Positions 58,522 through 64,000 of a stretch of 64,000 bases of DNA are shown in pieces (positions within the stretch are counted from its first letter, which is position 1; each line of letters starts with the position of its first letter). The stretch lies in the NCBI RefSeq assembly GCF_000181795.1, contig NW_003526944.1:2710205-2774204 (forward strand). The letters run 5' to 3'. Source of the stretch: Trichinella spiralis. Taxonomy: Eukaryota. A program made the translations under genes and the position numbers. The notes under the pieces are model-generated. The model saw only the letters and a list, made by a program, of their open reading frames with translations. It did not search any database and was not told where the DNA came from.

Positions 58522-60416
58522 ATGTTAATTTTCAGCATACTGTTTGTAACTGTTTTGAAGGTTTCTGGACTAATTTATGAATATCTTCCAAATGCTGCGA
58601 ACAAGACGATGAGCAATTCTTGTTTGGCAGATACCGAAAGTTTGCTTGCGCTTCTTCCCGTATCCGGATCGTTCAATATAGCCAATAATATTGTATGGCA
58701 CATTCTTCTGATATATTGAAAAAATTTCAGACTTTCAATTTTAGACTTTCAACTCTACTTTTGAACTTCTTTTCACTGCTGATAGTTTACTTACTTGGGA
58801 TGTTGGCAATTGTAGACCACTTTCAAAGGCCGACTTGCCGCAATTAGACAACTGGCATGATCCTGAGAAATGGCTTGTTCGAAATGCTCCAAGACCTGTT
58901 TTACACAGTGATCGCGTACCTTCGATGTGGGATACGGTTGTGTTCAGTAACCGCCACAGCTATTATATCAACATATCTACACCAGTTGTTGTTCAACGAT
59001 TAATTTATCATGGTCAGGTAGATTATTTTTTCTTTTTATACAAAGTACATTTTAAAAAATGAACATTTACGCCTGTGTTGCCATGTATATAGGAACACAG
59101 CAGTGAATCATTTGCACGTCATCTGAACAGTGTGGAAAGTAAGTTGCAGTTTTTAAATGGCTCGAAAATAACGTCGGTACCAAGCATCACTATAACCAAA
59201 ACCAATTGCCAGTTGTTTACAGGTTGTGTCAGTAACAATATTAAAGATGAGGTTGTAGTACAAAAAAGTAAAGCAATAAATGCGTTTTATTTACAATTAT
59301 TTTGTTTCAAGAATATGGCTGCTATTTGTTCGAATGTTCGCTGCGCCAAAAATTTGCCATGTTCCAATAGTATCCGCCCAGTTGGCCATTGTTGTCCCAT
59401 TTGTGGTTTGAGAATAATTTAAAATTCTGCCTTTGCAGATGACAATTTTTGGATACATTTTACAGGCGCTTTGGTCACTTTTACCTGTGATTCATCAAGC
59501 AATCAACAGCTAGTTGGTCAGAGAAGTTGTTCTGACTTGGACTGGAGTTTTGTTTTTTCGAAAATTCGATCTGACACTTGTCAACTCGTGGTCACTAACA
59601 GCATTGATTTAGACAACTACAATGCTGATATAACTTCACAATGTTTGAATGAAGTTCAAAGTATTTTTTTTTACAAATTAGCATCCACTGATAAAATGTA
59701 TAAATAAATTGATATGCTTTACAGAGGAATTTTTGCTGTCGAAAGCGACAGAATGGACCGTGTCGGTAGCAAAATGGAAGAATGTAAATTATGGTAGATG
59801 AAGTTTTCGTTTTGTTTAATTATGATTTAAGTATACATTTATTTTTGATTTAGTTTTACTGTTTTGCATATGCATCGCTTGTCTTTTGACAGTGTTAGGT
59901 TTGTGGAAAAGATCGTATTTGTCAAGGTATGTCATTGTTTAACTGTTATTATTTTTTCAACTACACTGAAAGTTAACCAAAACAGAAACAGCTAGAAATT
60001 TGAGATTTCGAAAAGTAAACTTTGTCCACACTGTGCAAGGACACTGTTTCATTGTGAAACCTTGTCGCAGTATGTTTATTGACATTGAATTGTGCAATCA
60101 AATTTGCAGCTATGAAATGAAATATGAATGCTGTGAAATTTAAGCGTTTGCTACATTCAGAATGTACTCCAATCAAAGGATTTTCTGGTCTGTAATGTGG
60201 AATCGAGATACCGAAGATCAAGTACATTTACAAATGCCAGCACCATCCACGTCTGATCTTACTGTATCTGACGATTGTGAGAAAACTTCGCAGAATTTTG
60301 AAAATCCAATTTACATGCACAGTTTGCAAAATGAACTCGAAGACAACGAAGAATTATTACTCGCTGCTGCTGCATTTTATGAAATTCCAAGTACATTGCG
60401 TACTTCTTATGATTGA
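58522..60416 (+). CDS. AMN: Amnionless-like single-pass membrane protein (cubilin partner)
   Basis: Signal-like MLIFSILFVTVLK, NW..PEKW, Cys-rich ICSNVRC...PCSNSIRPVGHCCPICG|ALV, TM FLLFCICIACLLTVLGLW, and cytoplasmic FENPIY (FxNPxY) motif. Confidence 0.7.
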
Positions 60417-60835
60417 TTTATCTATCAATTGCGAAAAGTTAATTGATCAATTATCTATAGTTTAAAAAATAACAATTAAAAAATCATTTTTATTTTGTCA
60501 TACTGTCGTAGACCGATAATATTGAAATCAGTTTTCAATTGTACGTGAAAACTTTTGATTTTTAAATTTACCTTTAATTGAATGTAAATTTTCAGTTATT
60601 TAAAAATGAAAAAAAAACTTTCCTTGATGTATTCGTCATGAAGCAAAAAGTAATATCAATTGCAATTGTAATACAGTATGCCAAAAATAATGCCTGAAAA
60701 TTATTCTAAAAGCTACCATAATAATGTGAAGTGTTATTGAAAAGTATGTAGTTTATTAATGTAATTGATCGTATTCTGCGTTGTTTGTGCTTATTTGTTT
60801 ATTCGAATTTAAAATAACTCGCTCTGCTATTAAAT

Positions 60836-61645
60836 ATGGTTGAACGAGTTCGGTCAGTTGTGCAACTGTTTCGCAATACTTCTAAAACCGCCTTTGCAAC
60901 TGTGCGCTTTTTGCACCGAACACCGTCAACATTGGCGGCTGGCAGTGAAGAAATGAATCATCCGAAGCGAACCAGCCAAACCATTTGGACCCCGGACCCG
61001 GAAAAGCAGGCCCGATTGTCAAGGTTCGGTCGTTTCGTACAGTCGTGTTTGCCGAAATATGTGCAAAAGTTGCAGTTGGCAGCCGGTGACGAACTCGAAG
61101 TGATGATCGAGCCGAGTGGAGTTGTGCCGGTGCTGACGTTTTTGAAAGGGCACCACGCCTGTCAGTTCACCAATTTCACCTTCTTGACCGCCGTTGACGT
61201 GCCAACGCGAGCCAACAGATTCGAGCTTGTCTATTCGCTGTTGTCGATCCTGTACAACGCCCGTATTCGAGTAAAAACTTACACAGACGAGCTGACACCG
61301 GTGGATACGGTGACGTCTGTATTCGAAGGAGCCAACTGGTACGAACGAGAAGTGTTCGACATGTTCGGCATCGTTTTCACGGGACACCCGGATTTGCGTC
61401 GAATACTGACTGACTATGGTTTTGAGGGGCATCCGCTGAGAAAAGATTTCCCTCTGACCGGCTATACGGAGGTGCGTTACGACGACGAGCTGCAGCGTGT
61501 TGTAAGCGAGCCGGTTGAATTGCTGCAAGAGTTTCGCAAGTTCGACCTCAAGTCACCGTGGGAAACGTTTCCCACGTTCAGAGACCAGTCGATAACATCC
61601 GCAAGTCGTAATATAGAGCTTCACGATCAACCAGAACAAAAGTGA
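60836..61645 (+). CDS. NDUFS3: NADH dehydrogenase Fe-S protein 3 (30 kDa subunit) with mitochondrial presequence; intronless
   Basis: [82 protein letters not shown]. Confidence 0.98.
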   Translation: MVERVRSVVQLFRNTSKTAFATVRFLHRTPSTLAAGSEEMNHPKRTSQTIWTPDPEKQARLSRFGRFVQSCLPKYVQKLQLAAGDELEVMIEPSGVVPVLTFLKGHHACQFTNFTFLTAVDVPTRANRFELVYSLLSILYNARIRVKTYTDELTPVDTVTSVFEGANWYEREVFDMFGIVFTGHPDLRRILTDYGFEGHPLRKDFPLTGYTEVRYDDELQRVVSEPVELLQEFRKFDLKSPWETFPTFRDQSITSASRNIELHDQPEQK

Positions 61646-61855
61646 AGAGGAAGCAATAATTCGTATTCGCTCTTTTACTTCTCGCTTTTTAGTTCGTGTT
61701 CAGTGTGAATTAATTTATTTCACAATTTGTTTCAAATTTTTTAAAATATAAAGACAAAACATTTTTCATTTGCATTTGTACACAGGTCGTTGTTTATTGT
61801 TTGTTATAACATCATCAGAACAGTGGGTGATTTTGGACATGGCATTGTTGTGAAA

Positions 61856-63609
61856 TTACGATTCAATTCGGTCATCATTGCACAATGTATATCGATCCAC
61901 TTCTTGCAGTTCGTCGGTGATAATTTTCGAATCTAGAAGCTCGTTGGGTTCGTCCAAATTTTCCGACGACAGTGACGTCATGCTGCGACTTTTCCTCAGC
62001 ACACGTTCCGCAATTAGATCCGTCTCTGCCGTGGGCGTAGCCCGGTGCAATCCGTTGGCCGGTGCCGGTGGCCATTCGGCTCCTTTCTGCAGCAGATCTG
62101 TTACAGTGATGCCTGCCGGCACTTGGGTCTGTTGCATCACGTCGCTGAATTCCAACAGACTGAGCTTCGGCGAGGCCGGCAAGCTGCGCGCTTTCTTCGT
62201 GCACAGCTTCTTCAGCAGTTCGCCTTGTTGGAGCATTTGCTCGTAAGCTTCAATATACTCGGCAGATTTGCCCATCATTACCACGCTTATGAGCAACTTC
62301 AACAGTAGAAGAGCGACGAACACCAGCGCTAGTGTTGGCCAGTGTTTTGCGGGTTCAATTTTGAAACTTTGGCTCAGTATCCGGAACACCAGAACGCTGA
62401 AAATGTTTGTTTCAATTTTACAAATGAACAACAAGTAAACTTAGCTGCTCACCTCAACGGCAACGGTATGAATCCCATTCGTCGTGACACTTGATCGCAG
62501 TGATCGGTGAGGGCGTTGACTTGGCGACTTTTCGCCACGTCGTATGCGATTGTAATTGTGAAATCTTTGTACACGTCTGCTGGAATTTCGTTAAATTTGG
62601 TAATAAACGCGTGCTTTACCCAGTCTACCAACAATTCGGCGACAAATACAAACACCAAATCAGGAGCCATGTCGAAAAAGTCATCCCGACGCCAGCTGAC
62701 AGCCGACATGTTTCTGACGAAAACTGCACCCAGCAGAATGACATAATGGAAACGTTCCCTGACGTCCGAGCAGGCCATTTGGAAAAGATTGTTTCGGGCG
62801 AATTTTTTGAACACACTTCCCTTGAGTTCGACGAAATTGTTGCTCATCATGATCGTCAGCAGTGATTTGTTTTGCGAATTGAAAGCCACATTCAGCGTGG
62901 TCGCTTGCAGCAAAACCAACAAAGCGTGCAACCAGACGTAGACGATTGCAATCACCAAATAGGGGACCAATTTCAAACATCGCTGCTTCGCACTGCGCAA
63001 CTGACCACCGGCCAGTGGCTCGTTAGCCGTCCAAAACAGCGCATCCAGAATGTCCTGACCGAAACTGCTGAACAACTTGTCGGCCACTTCGAGCATGTTG
63101 AAAACAATGTACAATTTGACAATCGCCTGACCACGAACCATGTGGTACATGATGGACGTGTCGAAAAAGTTGACCAGAAAGCAGGAGACAATTAAAATTA
63201 TAATTTTCAACACATCGCATCGTTCCGAAGGCGAACAGCCGAAACGACCTTGACAAAAGTGACCAACGGCGATCAGAAAGCGCAACGGCAAGAATGTGAA
63301 AACGTACAAAAAAGCATCGGTGCACTGCAACAGACCGCAGAACAAAAACTTTTCCAATTCTCTAGGAATTCTCAGCAGGGCGTAGATTTTTCGACGCCTC
63401 TCAACGTATCTCGCTTCGTCACTTTCCAGGGCATAACCGCGCACAAGCTCTGAACAGAAAAACGTGAACAGCGAAAATCGACCAGCGTTATTATTCTCCT
63501 TCCAGTGATTCGATGCGAACCCGTCGTGGCTATCATCTACGTTGCGTTCCGCTTCTGAAAACACAATTCCTGCTCTCCGAGTTCCATTTTTGTACGCTTC
63601 TACGTTCAT
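61856..63609 (-). CDS. TAPT1: Transmembrane anterior-posterior transformation protein 1 homolog (DUF747); one intron 62397-62452
   Basis: RIPRELEKF, YHMVRGQAIVKLYIVFNMLEVADKLFSSFGQD, QATTLNVAFNS, NNFVELKGSVFKKF, VDWVKHAFITKFN, RRMGFIPLPL. Confidence 0.96.
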
Positions 63610-64000
63610 TGGCAACTTTTGGTAGATTTGAAAAATAGTTTATTTAAAAATATTTTTTCATTTATTTTTAATTAATTTACAAAAATGTAAAGAAAAAACA
63701 ATGCAATATCGCCATTATTGTAATATTTAAAATGTTTATTTTTGTTACAGTAATATGAAATCAGGTACAGTAGGATGTAGTCTGTATTATTTTTACAAAT
63801 TTGTAAATTTTATAAACGGCAATTCTTTCATCGTGTTATTGTACAAAAATTTCAAAAAATAAAAACATTTTTCTCTGATTTCATTCAAGTACTTCATTTT
63901 TTGGATATGAATTGTTTTGAGCTGATTGTCAATTGATATTTGTCAAACCTAATTGATTGTCTAATTGACTGTTAGATTTTTCATCGTTTATAAATCAACG

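Noticed and set aside
61019..63453. Numerous antisense and alternate-frame ORFs over NDUFS3 and TAPT1 (also over BTBD7)
   Set aside because: These are shadows of GC-rich coding sequence with no recognisable motifs.

Overview
This is AT-rich, intron-dense eukaryotic genomic DNA with short (about 50-70 nt) introns. The gene content and style suggest a clade I nematode such as Trichinella (inference, not verified). Genes spliced by hand, in order: a terminal exon with a PPPPY motif (+), WDR43/UTP5 (-), numb (+), atlastin (+), QTRT2 (+), a nematode-type globin with a long N-terminal extension (-), SAP30BP/HCNGP (-), MOCS3/UBA4 (+), BTBD7 (-), an intronless uridine-cytidine kinase (+), a tandem-domain METTL24-like membrane protein (-), DPF/d4 double-PHD finger (+), amnionless-like (+), intronless NDUFS3 (+) and TAPT1 (-). 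About 15 kb (13707-28653) is repeated head-to-tail at 28664-43627 across a 10-N gap. This most likely reflects two uncollapsed haplotypes, but the copies carry real-looking polymorphisms. The most notable signals are three GC-AG introns with the same GCAAGT donor, a multi-branched structured element in the long SAP30BP intron, an H/ACA-like element in a QTRT2 intron, a GC-rich fold-back near the window start, and an unusually divergent coding tail next to the globin. I found no prokaryotic-type system (CRISPR, IS elements) and no tRNA or rRNA. I could not establish a new biological system from sequence alone.
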